DNA of 64,000 bases from an uncultured Gemmatimonadales bacterium (GTDB taxonomy: Bacteria > Gemmatimonadota > Gemmatimonadetes > Gemmatimonadales > GWC2-71-9). The translations under genes were made by a program, and so were the position numbers. Every line of letters begins with the position of its first letter. Positions within the stretch are counted from its first letter, which is position 1. The notes under the pieces are model-generated. The model searched no databases. It was not told where the DNA came from and worked only from the letters and a program-made list of their open reading frames with translations. The stretch is from the NCBI GenBank assembly GCA_963798915.1, contig CAWCVB010000002.1, positions 576,001 through 640,000 on the forward strand. Reading direction: 5' to 3'. This document shows, in pieces, positions 39,559-48,232 of the stretch.

Positions 39559-40470
39559 TCAGTCTCCGGATCGGATGGAAGAGGAACTGCTGGCCGGCGG
39601 ACAGCCGCCACCAGCCAGGAATTGTCGCATGAGCGCAAGGACGGTGTCGGGTTCGGCCTCATGAGGCCGGTGCAGGCCGCGGCCCAGGACCTCCAGGCAG
39701 CTGGTGCGGATCAGCCGATGGATTACGCGGCCCCGCTCCAGGGGAATGGTCGGATCCAGTCGTCCCCAGATGAGCAAGGTTGGCTGTCGGATGGCTTCGA
39801 AGCGTTCACCGATGCCCGCAAAGTCAAAGTCGCGCGCGATGCGCGCAATGGCTGCACGAGACGCCGGATCAGTGATGGGATCGTAACGCAGTTGGGCCGG
39901 AGGCTCGGCCAGCCATGCCGGGTCATGGATATTGAGCAGGAGTGGCGTCGCCGCACCGAGCAAGGCGCGGGTCGGTCCCGAAACAGCCGAGGCCGTGGCG
40001 GAGAGACCGTGGCCGGCCGGTGAGATCAGGATGAGGCCGCTGACAAGGTCCGGATGCTGGATGGCGAGAGATGCGGCGAGTTCGCCACCCATGGAGTGTC
40101 CCACCAGCACCACCGGGCCGGATGCCTGATGGGCGACGAAATCGGCCAGGCGATCGGTCATGGACTGGAGATCGTAGCCGGAGTACGGCTTGCCGCTCAC
40201 ACCGAAACCAGGCAGGTCCAGCGCCACTACCCGGTAGTCCCTCGAAAGCGGATCGGCGACGGCACGCCACGCAAGCAGTGATTCACCATATCCATGCAAC
40301 AGCACCAGCGTGGTGTCGCCGTGGCCCAGGCAGACGCTGCGCACCAGTACGTCCCCGGCGCTGACCCACAGCGCCCGATGCGGCGGTGGTGCATGGCGCC
40401 AGGTGTCGGAGAGGCCGGTCACCAGCGCAAGCGCCAGGAGCAGTGCGGCAAGCAGCGCCGACCAGCTCAC
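39559..40470 (-). CDS. Alpha/beta hydrolase with N-terminal membrane/signal segment
   Basis: LLHGYG, DLPGFG, GHSMGG, WGRLD, His in LHRPH; GTGA overlap start. Confidence 0.88.
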   Translation of the reverse strand: MSWSALLAALLLALALVTGLSDTWRHAPPPHRALWVSAGDVLVRSVCLGHGDTTLVLLHGYGESLLAWRAVADPLSRDYRVVALDLPGFGVSGKPYSGYDLQSMTDRLADFVAHQASGPVVLVGHSMGGELAASLAIQHPDLVSGLILISPAGHGLSATASAVSGPTRALLGAATPLLLNIHDPAWLAEPPAQLRYDPITDPASRAAIARIARDFDFAGIGERFEAIRQPTLLIWGRLDPTIPLERGRVIHRLIRTSCLEVLGRGLHRPHEAEPDTVLALMRQFLAGGGCPPASSSSSIRSGD

Positions 40471-41360
40471 TGGCCGGGGCACCGCACCAACCCGAGTCCG
40501 CCACGCATGCCGAAATTGTCTTCTGACGCCGTGACCAGAACATGGGCATCGAGCCAGGCGATCCCCTCGCCCTGTGGCTCGATCCCGAAAATGCCACAAC
40601 CCATACCCGCCTTGTCCGGAAGCAGGCGTCCACCCTCGCCCAGGCGGAAGAAGTAGACGGCGGTGTAGGTGCGCACTGCCACATGCTGCTGATCGGGAGA
40701 CAGCGCCGCATCGGTCACAAGGCGGGCGATGCTGCCTGAGGGAACGGCCAGAATGCCGAGATCCTCGGCGACAACGGCACGCTGGCGGTTCCACCGGCCA
40801 GCTTCGACATGGAACAGCCGGGATCCCGACTCAGTCTTGGAAATGATGAGGAAGGTGGAGTCGGGCAGGGCGATGAGCGACTCGGCATCACGCGAGCCAC
40901 CCGGGTAGGTCACGCGAATCTGCTCTGCTGAGGCGGTGCGGTGTGCCGGACGGCGAGGGTCGGGCTCGGGCACCCGGTAGATGGTCACCGAAGGCCGGCG
41001 CGCCGTGTTATCCCCGATATCGCCGATGAAGAGGCAGTCGCCAGTTGGGCAAGGGCCGGTGGCCAGCGCCTCCCAGTCTCGATTCTCGGCTCCGGTCACG
41101 ACCCAGCGCCCCCGGTCGGCGCCGGTAGTATCAGTGGCGTGAAGCACGGGCTCGGCGCCGGAGTCCTCGATGGTCCAGAGGAGCCCGGGATGATGGCGGC
41201 TGGCAGCCACTCCGGACGCCTCGGTGATGCTGGTGTCCGCGAAGTGTGCGAGTGACCGTGCTTCGATGGCCCGCGGGAGCTGGCCTTCGGCTTCCCGGAC
41301 GTGAATCAGGGCGCCGGCACTGGCAAGGATGAACAGTGCCCGCCGCCACCCCGGCATCAC
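40467..41360 (-). CDS. Secreted hypothetical protein (SdiA-regulated/phytase-like beta-propeller style)
   Basis: Signal peptide; EASG, WTIEDSG, DWEALA, GDIGDN, DAESL, QGEGIAW. Confidence 0.75.
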   Translation of the reverse strand: MMPGWRRALFILASAGALIHVREAEGQLPRAIEARSLAHFADTSITEASGVAASRHHPGLLWTIEDSGAEPVLHATDTTGADRGRWVVTGAENRDWEALATGPCPTGDCLFIGDIGDNTARRPSVTIYRVPEPDPRRPAHRTASAEQIRVTYPGGSRDAESLIALPDSTFLIISKTESGSRLFHVEAGRWNRQRAVVAEDLGILAVPSGSIARLVTDAALSPDQQHVAVRTYTAVYFFRLGEGGRLLPDKAGMGCGIFGIEPQGEGIAWLDAHVLVTASEDNFGMRGGLGLVRCPGQ

Positions 41361-42457
41361 TGATACTGGATGTAAAGTGGCGAGGGGTAGAGCGCCACGA
41401 CCTGTGACGGGGTGAGCATCGGCTTGTCGTTCTTGTAGAACAGCTTGAAACCGGTGTACTGCACCGGTTCGCGCTGGATCACATGGCGCCAGGTGCTGCG
41501 CTTGAGCGCGGGCGGACCGAAGCCATCCATGTCAATCACGACCTGCACATGGCGATCCCGCGCGATCCGGTCGGCGTTGGTGAGCATCCCCTCGGTGAAG
41601 CGGTGCACCACCAGCACCTTGGGCGGGATTCCGGTGCGCTTCACGATGTCCGCCAGCGTACGAACCGCGAAGTTGACCTCGCTGGCATCCATGGTCCCGA
41701 TCTTCCGGCCCGGCCGCGCGCCACCCTTCATGGCAAATTCGGGATCGAGCGCCAGGTGGACATACGGTCGCTCGAGGAAGGGAATCCAGCGCGGCAACTC
41801 CGCCTCCACCGTGCTTCGTCCCACCTGAATATCGAGAAACAGCAGCCAGCCTCGGGCTTCGGCCCAGCGCGCCACCCGCTCGACAAGGCTGTCGGTCATC
41901 CGGAGCCGGTGCAAGCCATCCCGGCCTTCGTTGCCCTGCGCCACGGTGACGATGAGGTGCAGCGCCGGGATCACCGTGGTCGCGCTATCGGCGCTCCCCC
42001 AGGTCTCCGCCGTCGAGGCCAGTTTGGCCAGCATCTCGTCTGGCGGCAGCTCGCCCAGGATGCCCATGCGCCGCGACAGCGGGTTGCCGTAGAAGGCCAC
42101 GATCCGATGGGAGGGAAGCAGCGCTCCCGGTAACGGGTCGGGCGGTGCGGGCCACGGCACCGTGTCGGTAGAGGTCAGCGACGGCACTGCTGAGGCGTGG
42201 CGCCGCCGGCTCCGGCTCAGCGAATCCGCGCGGCGCAGCGAGTCGGTGCGGATGCTGTCGGCCCGGATGCTGTCAGCCCGCTGCTGCGCCTTGGCGATGC
42301 TGTCCTGCCGCAGGCTGTCCACCCGGATGGAGTCGGCCACCCGCAGCGAATCGGCGCGCAGCCGAGCCTGTCGCGCCTCGCTGTTGCATGCTGTCATCAG
42401 GAGCAAGGCGCCAAGCGCCAGGCGCTGAGCGTTCAGCGCACAGCGCTCAGCGCGCAT
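41357..42457 (-). CDS. Hypothetical lipoprotein with DS[LI]-repeat linker and conserved C-terminal domain
   Basis: Lipobox MTAC; IVAFYGNP, LDIQVG, LALDPEF, DMDGFG, GFKLFY. Confidence 0.8.
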   Translation of the reverse strand: MRAERCALNAQRLALGALLLMTACNSEARQARLRADSLRVADSIRVDSLRQDSIAKAQQRADSIRADSIRTDSLRRADSLSRSRRRHASAVPSLTSTDTVPWPAPPDPLPGALLPSHRIVAFYGNPLSRRMGILGELPPDEMLAKLASTAETWGSADSATTVIPALHLIVTVAQGNEGRDGLHRLRMTDSLVERVARWAEARGWLLFLDIQVGRSTVEAELPRWIPFLERPYVHLALDPEFAMKGGARPGRKIGTMDASEVNFAVRTLADIVKRTGIPPKVLVVHRFTEGMLTNADRIARDRHVQVVIDMDGFGPPALKRSTWRHVIQREPVQYTGFKLFYKNDKPMLTPSQVVALYPSPLYIQYQ

Positions 42458-43847
42458 CAAGCACGTGCACTTCGATCCGGCGATTCCGGTTTCGGGCATC
42501 TTCGCCGCTCTGGGTGGTGATCGGGTCGGCGTTGCCATAGCCCTTGGCGACCAGTTGTTGGAGCGGAACGCCCTTGGTAATGAGATACCGCCGCACCGCC
42601 TCGGCGCGCAGCTGCGTGAGCGTCCTGGTCTCCTGCGCCGTGCCGTCGCCGTAGGCGGCGATCTCCACGATCACGTCCGGGTGCGCACCGAGGAGACTGG
42701 CGAGTGAGTCCAGGGCCGCCCGCCCCTCCGCGGGCAGGCGAGCGCTGCGCGACCCGAACCGGACGCTTTCGATGACGCGCTTGGTTCCGGGCGTCAGGTT
42801 GCCCAGCCCCTCGGTGCCCGGCGGTACGCCCGGGGGACAGCCGAAGGCATTGACGGTGGTTCCTGCTGGGGTCCGCGGGCAGCGGTCCAGGCCGTCGAGC
42901 ACACGATCACCGTCTTCGTCTCCAGGACACCCGAGCTGATCCACACTTGCCCCTGCCGGAGTAGCGGGGCAGCGGTCCAATCCGTTGGCAACGCCATCGC
43001 CATCGGAATCCTCGGGGCACCCCTTCTCGTTGACCGCCGCACCCGCCGGCGTGTCGGGACAGGCATCAAGGCCATCCGGCACATTGTCGCTGTCCGTGTC
43101 GACCGGACAGCCCGCTTCGTTGACCTTGGCACCAGCCGGCGTGGTCGGGCATCGATCCAGTCCGTCGAAGACATCGTCGCCGTCGCTATCGGTGGGGCAG
43201 CCATTGGAATCCACCAGGGCTCCGAGCGGCGTGTCCGGACAGTGGTCGTCAATATCGAAAACGCGGTCCCGGTCACTATCGGTGAGGGGCTTGCTGCCCA
43301 GCATGACGCTGATCCCGAGACTCGCGCCCATGTTGGTGACACTGCCCGATGAGGCGTGGGAAAGCATCCCGTCGAGGCGGAGCATGACGGTAGGGGTGAG
43401 GGCCTGGCGCACGCCGAGGCCGCCGAGGATCGCCCCGGACGAGCCGCATGGCCCGAAGATGCTGCGTGGGGGCGTACCAATGCACTGGTCGGAGTCATAT
43501 TTTGTCACGCCATACCCTGCCCGCAGCAGGACCGAACTCCCGGTGCCGATCGGGAGGTTGCCGACCACAGAGCCGCCCAGGACGCGGGCAGACCAGGAGA
43601 CATCGGAGAGCTGTGACTTGGGCGCGAAGGCGCCGAACTCACCTTCGATGGAGAGGTTCCGGTGCAGCCACAGCCCCAGGCGTCCTATTCCGCCCGCGCC
43701 GCCCGTGAGGTTGGTCTTGCTGTCGAAACTCACGTAGCTGCCCGCCGCGCCGACCTCGACCAGGTACCGCCGTTGCTGGGCCAGGAGCGGAGTCGCGGCC
43801 GTCGCCGCAAGGAGCAGCGCCAGGCGCGCACATCGAAAGATTGGCAT
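42447..43847 (-). CDS. OmpA family protein: N-terminal beta-barrel, five thrombospondin type-3 repeats, OmpA C-domain
   Basis: Five DxDxDxVxD/NxxDxCPxTP repeats; RAEAVRRYL, GYG, RNRRIE. Confidence 0.9.
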   Translation of the reverse strand: MPIFRCARLALLLAATAATPLLAQQRRYLVEVGAAGSYVSFDSKTNLTGGAGGIGRLGLWLHRNLSIEGEFGAFAPKSQLSDVSWSARVLGGSVVGNLPIGTGSSVLLRAGYGVTKYDSDQCIGTPPRSIFGPCGSSGAILGGLGVRQALTPTVMLRLDGMLSHASSGSVTNMGASLGISVMLGSKPLTDSDRDRVFDIDDHCPDTPLGALVDSNGCPTDSDGDDVFDGLDRCPTTPAGAKVNEAGCPVDTDSDNVPDGLDACPDTPAGAAVNEKGCPEDSDGDGVANGLDRCPATPAGASVDQLGCPGDEDGDRVLDGLDRCPRTPAGTTVNAFGCPPGVPPGTEGLGNLTPGTKRVIESVRFGSRSARLPAEGRAALDSLASLLGAHPDVIVEIAAYGDGTAQETRTLTQLRAEAVRRYLITKGVPLQQLVAKGYGNADPITTQSGEDARNRNRRIEVHVLDAR

Positions 43848-43961
43848 GCGCCAATAGATACGATGCCCGGCCCGGGTGGACAAGGCGAGGCGGCCCTTGC
43901 CTCAGTCCCGGTGCTTACTACGATTCCCGGAGGATTTTCCACCTTCGCACAGGAGCCATAC

Positions 43962-44195
43962 ATGCACGTCCGCATCGAATACTGCACCGTTTGAAACTAC
44001 CTGCCACGAGCTGCCGGTCTGGCAGCTGAGCTGCAGGAAGCCTTTCCCGGCGTAGAGATCGAGCTGGTCAAGTCCTCAGGCGGCGTGTTCGACGTGACCG
44101 TGGACGGCCAGCGCATCTTTTCCAAGCAGGCGGCCGGTCGCCACGCCGAGCCGGGCGAAATCGTGCAACTGATCGGGGACGCAGGAACGCCGTGA
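43962..44195 (+). CDS. Rdx/SelW/SelT/SelH family selenoprotein (CxxU, UGA at codon 11)
   Basis: AGGAG RBS; MHVRIEYCTVUNYLPRAAGLAAELQEAFPGVEIELVKSSGGVFDVTVDGQRIFSK..; TGA 43992-43994 read through; SECIS hairpin follows. Confidence 0.92.
44009..44027 (+). promoter_or_regulatory. Bacterial SECIS element
   Basis: AGCTGCC-GGTCT-GGCAGCT stem-loop starting 14 nt after the in-frame UGA; apical GGUCU as in the E. coli fdhF SECIS. Confidence 0.82.
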
Positions 44196-44208
44196 CACAA
44201 GCATCCAG

Positions 44209-45288
44209 ATGCGCATAGCGATATCCACCGGCGGCGGCGACGCGCCCGGCCTCAATGCCGTCATTCGAGCGGTGGTGCTGAGCGCCCACAACCGCGGCTG
44301 GCCGTGCTACGGCATCCAGCGGGGCTTCGAGGGGTTGTTGAGTTTTGACGGCGTCGTCGCACTCGGCCCCGCCGAGGTGCGGGGCATTACCCACCTTGGC
44401 GGCACCATCCTGGGGACCACCAATCGCGGCAATCCGTTTCGGTGGGTGGGACGGGATGATGCTGGGATGGAATTCGAGCGGGATCGCTCCGACGACCTCT
44501 GCGCCGCGTTCAACGCCTCGGGCTTCGATGCGCTGGTCAGCATCGGGGGCGACGGCAGCATGCAGATTGCGCATCGCCTGGCGCTCAAGGGACTGCCAGT
44601 GGTCTGCGTGCCCAAGACCATCGACAACGACGTCGCGGGCACCCAGCGCACCTTTGGCTTCGACACCGCCGTCAGCACGGCCACCGAGGCACTCGATCGG
44701 CTGCACAGCACGGCAGAGAGCCATGAACGCGTGATGGTGGTGGAGCTGATGGGACGGGATGCGGGTTGGATCGCGCTCAACAGCGGGATTTCCGGCAGTG
44801 CCGATGTGATCCTGCTGCCGGAGATCCCCTTCGACATTGATAGAGTGTGCGACAAGATCCGCCAGCGCGAAGCGGCTGGCCGCCACTTCAGCATCGTCGT
44901 CGTCGCCGAGGGAGCTTGTCCCCGCGGCGGATCGCCGGTGCTGGTCGAGCGCCGCGGCGTCGGAACGGTCGACCGGCTCGGCGGCATCGCCGGGCAGGTG
45001 GCTCACGCCGTCGCCCACCGGACCGGCAAGGAAGTCCGGACCCTGGTCCTCGGTCACCTGCAGCGAGGGGGCTCGCCGACGACCTATGACCGGCTCCTGG
45101 GGCTTCGCTTCGGCGCGGCCGCCGTGCGCGCCATCGCGGAGGGCAAGTTCGACGTCACCGTGGGACTCAATAATTCCACCATCACCACCGTGCCGCTCGC
45201 GGACGTGGTGGGTCGCCAGAAACTGGTGCCACTGGACTGTGACACGCTGCAGACCGCGCGCGAATTGGGCATCAGTCTGGGCGACTAA
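44209..45288 (+). CDS. pfkA: 6-phosphofructokinase (group III, probably ATP-dependent)
   Basis: TGGGDAPGLN, GGDGS, PKTIDND, MGRDAG, LGHLQRGG. Confidence 0.93.
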   Translation: MRIAISTGGGDAPGLNAVIRAVVLSAHNRGWPCYGIQRGFEGLLSFDGVVALGPAEVRGITHLGGTILGTTNRGNPFRWVGRDDAGMEFERDRSDDLCAAFNASGFDALVSIGGDGSMQIAHRLALKGLPVVCVPKTIDNDVAGTQRTFGFDTAVSTATEALDRLHSTAESHERVMVVELMGRDAGWIALNSGISGSADVILLPEIPFDIDRVCDKIRQREAAGRHFSIVVVAEGACPRGGSPVLVERRGVGTVDRLGGIAGQVAHAVAHRTGKEVRTLVLGHLQRGGSPTTYDRLLGLRFGAAAVRAIAEGKFDVTVGLNNSTITTVPLADVVGRQKLVPLDCDTLQTARELGISLGD

Positions 45289-45866
45289 TCCGCTGGTACC
45301 GGGTCTGTCCCGAGAAAATTCTCGAGGATCGCGTGGCCACCCACCGTCAGCACCGACTCGGGATGAAACTGCACCCCGTGTACCGGGTAGCTCCGATGGC
45401 GCAGGGCCATGATGTCCCCGTCCGGTCCGCTGCCAGTGATCTCCAGCACATCCGGCAGCGTTGCGCGGTCTACCACCAGCGAGTGGTACCGCCCCGCCTC
45501 AAGCGGTGACGGCAGTCCAGCCAGCACACCGCGTCCTTCGTGCCACACCGGGCTGGCCGCGCCATGGGTGGGACGCGTGGCCGGGACAATCTTCCCGCCA
45601 TAGGCCACACCAATGCATTGATGACCAAGGCAGACGCCAAGAATGGGAACGGTTGCCCCGAAGCGGCGGATCACGTCCACGGAAATGCCACTCTCGGCCG
45701 GGGTACAGGGCCCCGGCGAGATCACGATGTGGCTGGGCGCCATCGCGGCCACCTGGTCCAGGGCGATCTCGCTGCTGCGCCGAACGACGGCCTCCCAGCC
45801 CAGTTCGCTGAGGTAGCGCGCCAGGTTGTGCACGAAGCTGTCGGTATTGTCGAGCACCAGAATCAT
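45285..45866 (-). CDS. pabA: Aminodeoxychorismate/anthranilate synthase component II (glutamine amidotransferase)
   Basis: SPGPC, GVCLGHQ, RYHSL, QFHPES; directly follows pabB. Confidence 0.85.
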   Translation of the reverse strand: MILVLDNTDSFVHNLARYLSELGWEAVVRRSSEIALDQVAAMAPSHIVISPGPCTPAESGISVDVIRRFGATVPILGVCLGHQCIGVAYGGKIVPATRPTHGAASPVWHEGRGVLAGLPSPLEAGRYHSLVVDRATLPDVLEITGSGPDGDIMALRHRSYPVHGVQFHPESVLTVGGHAILENFLGTDPVPAD

Positions 45867-47221
45867 TCGTCGGCTGCGTCCAGCAACGCCCGCGCCTTGG
45901 CGACCGACTCGTCATATTCCGCCGCCGGATCGGAGCCGAGCACGACGCCTCCTCCAGCCGCGATCTCCGCCATCCCCTGCCGGCGGGTCAGTGTTCGGAT
46001 GGCGACGCTCAATTTCAGCTGCCCCTGCCAGCCGATGTAGCCGATGGCGCCGCAGTAGACCCCGCGCGACGCCGGCTCGAGTTCCCGAATGATCTGCATT
46101 GCCCGGACCTTGGGTGCGCCCGTAATGGAGCCACCCGGCAGCGTGGCCCGAACCAAGTCAATGGCGTCGTGTGCCGGGCGCAGCGACGCTTCGACGCTCG
46201 AGACGAGGTGATGCACGGTTGGATGCGTCTCCAACGCGCACAGTTGTGGCACCACCACGCTGCCCGGCTGGGCAACCCGCGACAAGTCGTTTCGCAACAA
46301 GTCCACGATCATCACGTTTTCGGCGCGGTCCTTGGCGCTGGCGACCAGCTCCCTGGCGAGCGACGCGTCCTCGCCCGGCGTCTTCCCGCGCGGGCGGGTG
46401 CCCTTGATGGGACGGGTTTCGACCCGGCCCGCGTCGAGCGACAGGAACAGCTCGGGCGAAATGCTCAATACTTGGTGGTCGGCGGCATCGAAGCAGGCCG
46501 AAAAGGGAGCTGGACTGCGCTCCTGCAGTCGCTGATAGAGCGCGGTGAGGTCGCGAGTTGAGGGCAGCAGGAATCGCTGGGTCAGGTTCACCTGGTAGAC
46601 GTCGCCGTCGAGGATGTAGTCGCGAATGCGCTGGACGGCCGCCTCGTAGTCGGACCGAGTGAACGTGGAGGGCGGCAGCTCGTGTCGCGGAGCAGCCGGT
46701 TTTCCGACGGGCGCCGGAAGTGCAGGTGGCGGCGCAGCAGCGATGACCCGGGCCAGCTCGCTCGCCTGGCGGTCGTTGCCACGGTGATCAATGAGCCAGC
46801 AGTCGTCCGATACCCGGTCCCAGGCCACCACCCAGTCGTACACGCCCATGAGCACGCCGAGGCGTGCCGCAGCGTCGTCTGCTGCCGGACGCACCTGCTC
46901 CAGTGACGCTCCGAGTTCGTAGCTCAGGTACCCGGCGAGGCCACCCTGGAACGGGGGCAGCCCGGGTATCGCACTCGCGGATGGATTCGACATCGCGGAC
47001 CGCAGCCCGTCGAATGCGTCCGGTGCTGGGGGGAGAGCCACCACCTGGCGGGGGCCAGCCATGAGATAGCTGTAGCGCGAATGATCACCGAGCGGACCGG
47101 AGCTCTCCAGCAGCAGCGGGTAGGGCAGATGACGCACCACTCCGAACGCCGAGCGCGGGTGTGGAGCGGGATCGAGCCGGGTAACTGACGGTTCCGCTAT
47201 GGCGACTCCGTCGTGACCCAC
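45863..47221 (-). CDS. pabB: Aminodeoxychorismate synthase component I (start uncertain)
   Basis: LLESS, SPELF, PIKGT (PabB-type), AENVMIVDLLRNDL, GSITGAPK. Confidence 0.88.
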   Translation of the reverse strand: MGHDGVAIAEPSVTRLDPAPHPRSAFGVVRHLPYPLLLESSGPLGDHSRYSYLMAGPRQVVALPPAPDAFDGLRSAMSNPSASAIPGLPPFQGGLAGYLSYELGASLEQVRPAADDAAARLGVLMGVYDWVVAWDRVSDDCWLIDHRGNDRQASELARVIAAAPPPALPAPVGKPAAPRHELPPSTFTRSDYEAAVQRIRDYILDGDVYQVNLTQRFLLPSTRDLTALYQRLQERSPAPFSACFDAADHQVLSISPELFLSLDAGRVETRPIKGTRPRGKTPGEDASLARELVASAKDRAENVMIVDLLRNDLSRVAQPGSVVVPQLCALETHPTVHHLVSSVEASLRPAHDAIDLVRATLPGGSITGAPKVRAMQIIRELEPASRGVYCGAIGYIGWQGQLKLSVAIRTLTRRQGMAEIAAGGGVVLGSDPAAEYDESVAKARALLDAADE

Positions 47222-47550
47222 TGCTTCGACGTGCCGGTGAGCGCGCCACCGGACGGTCGCCAGAGCGCGTTGGACTCGATGAGGCGTGCGAGCTCGATGT
47301 CCTTATCGGTAATGCCCCCAGCCGAGTGGCTGCTCAGGCGCACCTCGACCTTGCCCCAGCTTACCAGCAGGTCAGGATGGTGGTCGGCGGCTTCGGCGAA
47401 GAAGCCGATCATGTTGACCAGCATGAGCGTCGTTGGCCAGCCGTCGGTCGCATAGCTCCGCCGGATGCTTCCCTCACTTTCCTGCCAGCCGTCGAGTCCC
47501 GTCATGCGCTCGGCCAGTGCCGAACCGGAGTAGGTTGCTTCCTTTGGCAT
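47197..47550 (-). CDS. Pterin-4-alpha-carbinolamine dehydratase family protein
   Basis: AEAADHHPDL, SHSAGGITDKD. Confidence 0.9.
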   Translation of the reverse strand: MPKEATYSGSALAERMTGLDGWQESEGSIRRSYATDGWPTTLMLVNMIGFFAEAADHHPDLLVSWGKVEVRLSSHSAGGITDKDIELARLIESNALWRPSGGALTGTSKQWVTTESP

Positions 47551-47571
47551 GATGCTCCTTTCGAGTGGAGG

Positions 47572-48063
47572 TCAGCGCGACTCCCAATAAGCGGACTGCC
47601 CCGGACTCTCCTCGATTTCGAGCAGCAGTCTCGACACGCCCGTCACCTGGCGCGCCGCCAGTTCGGCTTCGACCTGCCGGCCGAAATGGTGGGCCAGCAT
47701 CTCGGCAGTGCTGTTTTCCAGAGGCAGCACCACGCAATCTCGCTTGGGGAAGACATAGCGCGGTTCCCCGAACACGGCGACGTGCAGCCGCCCATCCCGC
47801 TGCTCGATCCCGAGTTTCGGGTTGGCAGCAGGGAGCAGCACTCGGTGGTCCACCGCCTTGACGAGCGGCCGGAGGATTTCCTTGAGGACACTGAAGTCGA
47901 GCACCCAGCAGCACTCGGGATCGAGGAGACCTTCCACCGTGACGCCAACCCGGTAATTATGGCCGTGCAGGGATTCGCATTGATGACCGCGCATGGTGAT
48001 GAAATGCGCGGCGGAGAAATTGAGATAGTCCTTGGCGACTGTTACGCTGAATGCAGATGGCAC
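47572..48063 (-). CDS. 6-pyruvoyl-tetrahydropterin synthase family protein (CExxHGH, PTPS-I/III type)
   Basis: FSAAH, CESLHGHNY, DHRVL, STAEMLA, EESPG. Confidence 0.88.
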   Translation of the reverse strand: MPSAFSVTVAKDYLNFSAAHFITMRGHQCESLHGHNYRVGVTVEGLLDPECCWVLDFSVLKEILRPLVKAVDHRVLLPAANPKLGIEQRDGRLHVAVFGEPRYVFPKRDCVVLPLENSTAEMLAHHFGRQVEAELAARQVTGVSRLLLEIEESPGQSAYWESR

Positions 48064-48107
48064 ACGGGGTTCCGTTTGCAGGTTAGATCAGAGTGGTTCG
48101 GGACTCA

Positions 48108-48132
48108 AGGGGCGGCCGCAGGCCGCCCCTAC
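48108..48132 (-). repeat. GTAG-tagged REP-like palindrome
   Basis: Minus strand GTAGGGGCGGCC-TGC-GGCCGCCCCT. Confidence 0.75.
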
Positions 48133-48141
48133 ACGACCTCT

Positions 48142-48218
48142 CGACCCGCGACCCGCGACCCGCGACCCGCGACCCGCGACCCGCGACCCGCGACCCGCGA
48201 CCCGCGACCCGCGACCCG
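48142..48218. repeat. Perfect (CGACCCG)11 heptamer array
   Basis: 11 identical units counted; ends 14 nt before ATG 48233. Confidence 0.97.
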
Positions 48219-48232
48219 AAAGGTACGCCCTG

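Noticed and set aside
45863..47221. Anthranilate synthase TrpE
   Set aside because: The PIKGT motif and pterin/folate neighbours favour PabB.
48142..48218. CRISPR array in the repeat blocks (also 34206-34372, 51071-51126, 62151-62510)
   Set aside because: Units are contiguous 7-mers or one duplication, with no unique spacers and no cas genes.
48064..48232. 6S RNA (ssrS), often found upstream of 5-formyl-THF cyclo-ligase
   Set aside because: The region is 169 bp and mostly heptamer array plus REP; no long rod with a central bubble is visible.
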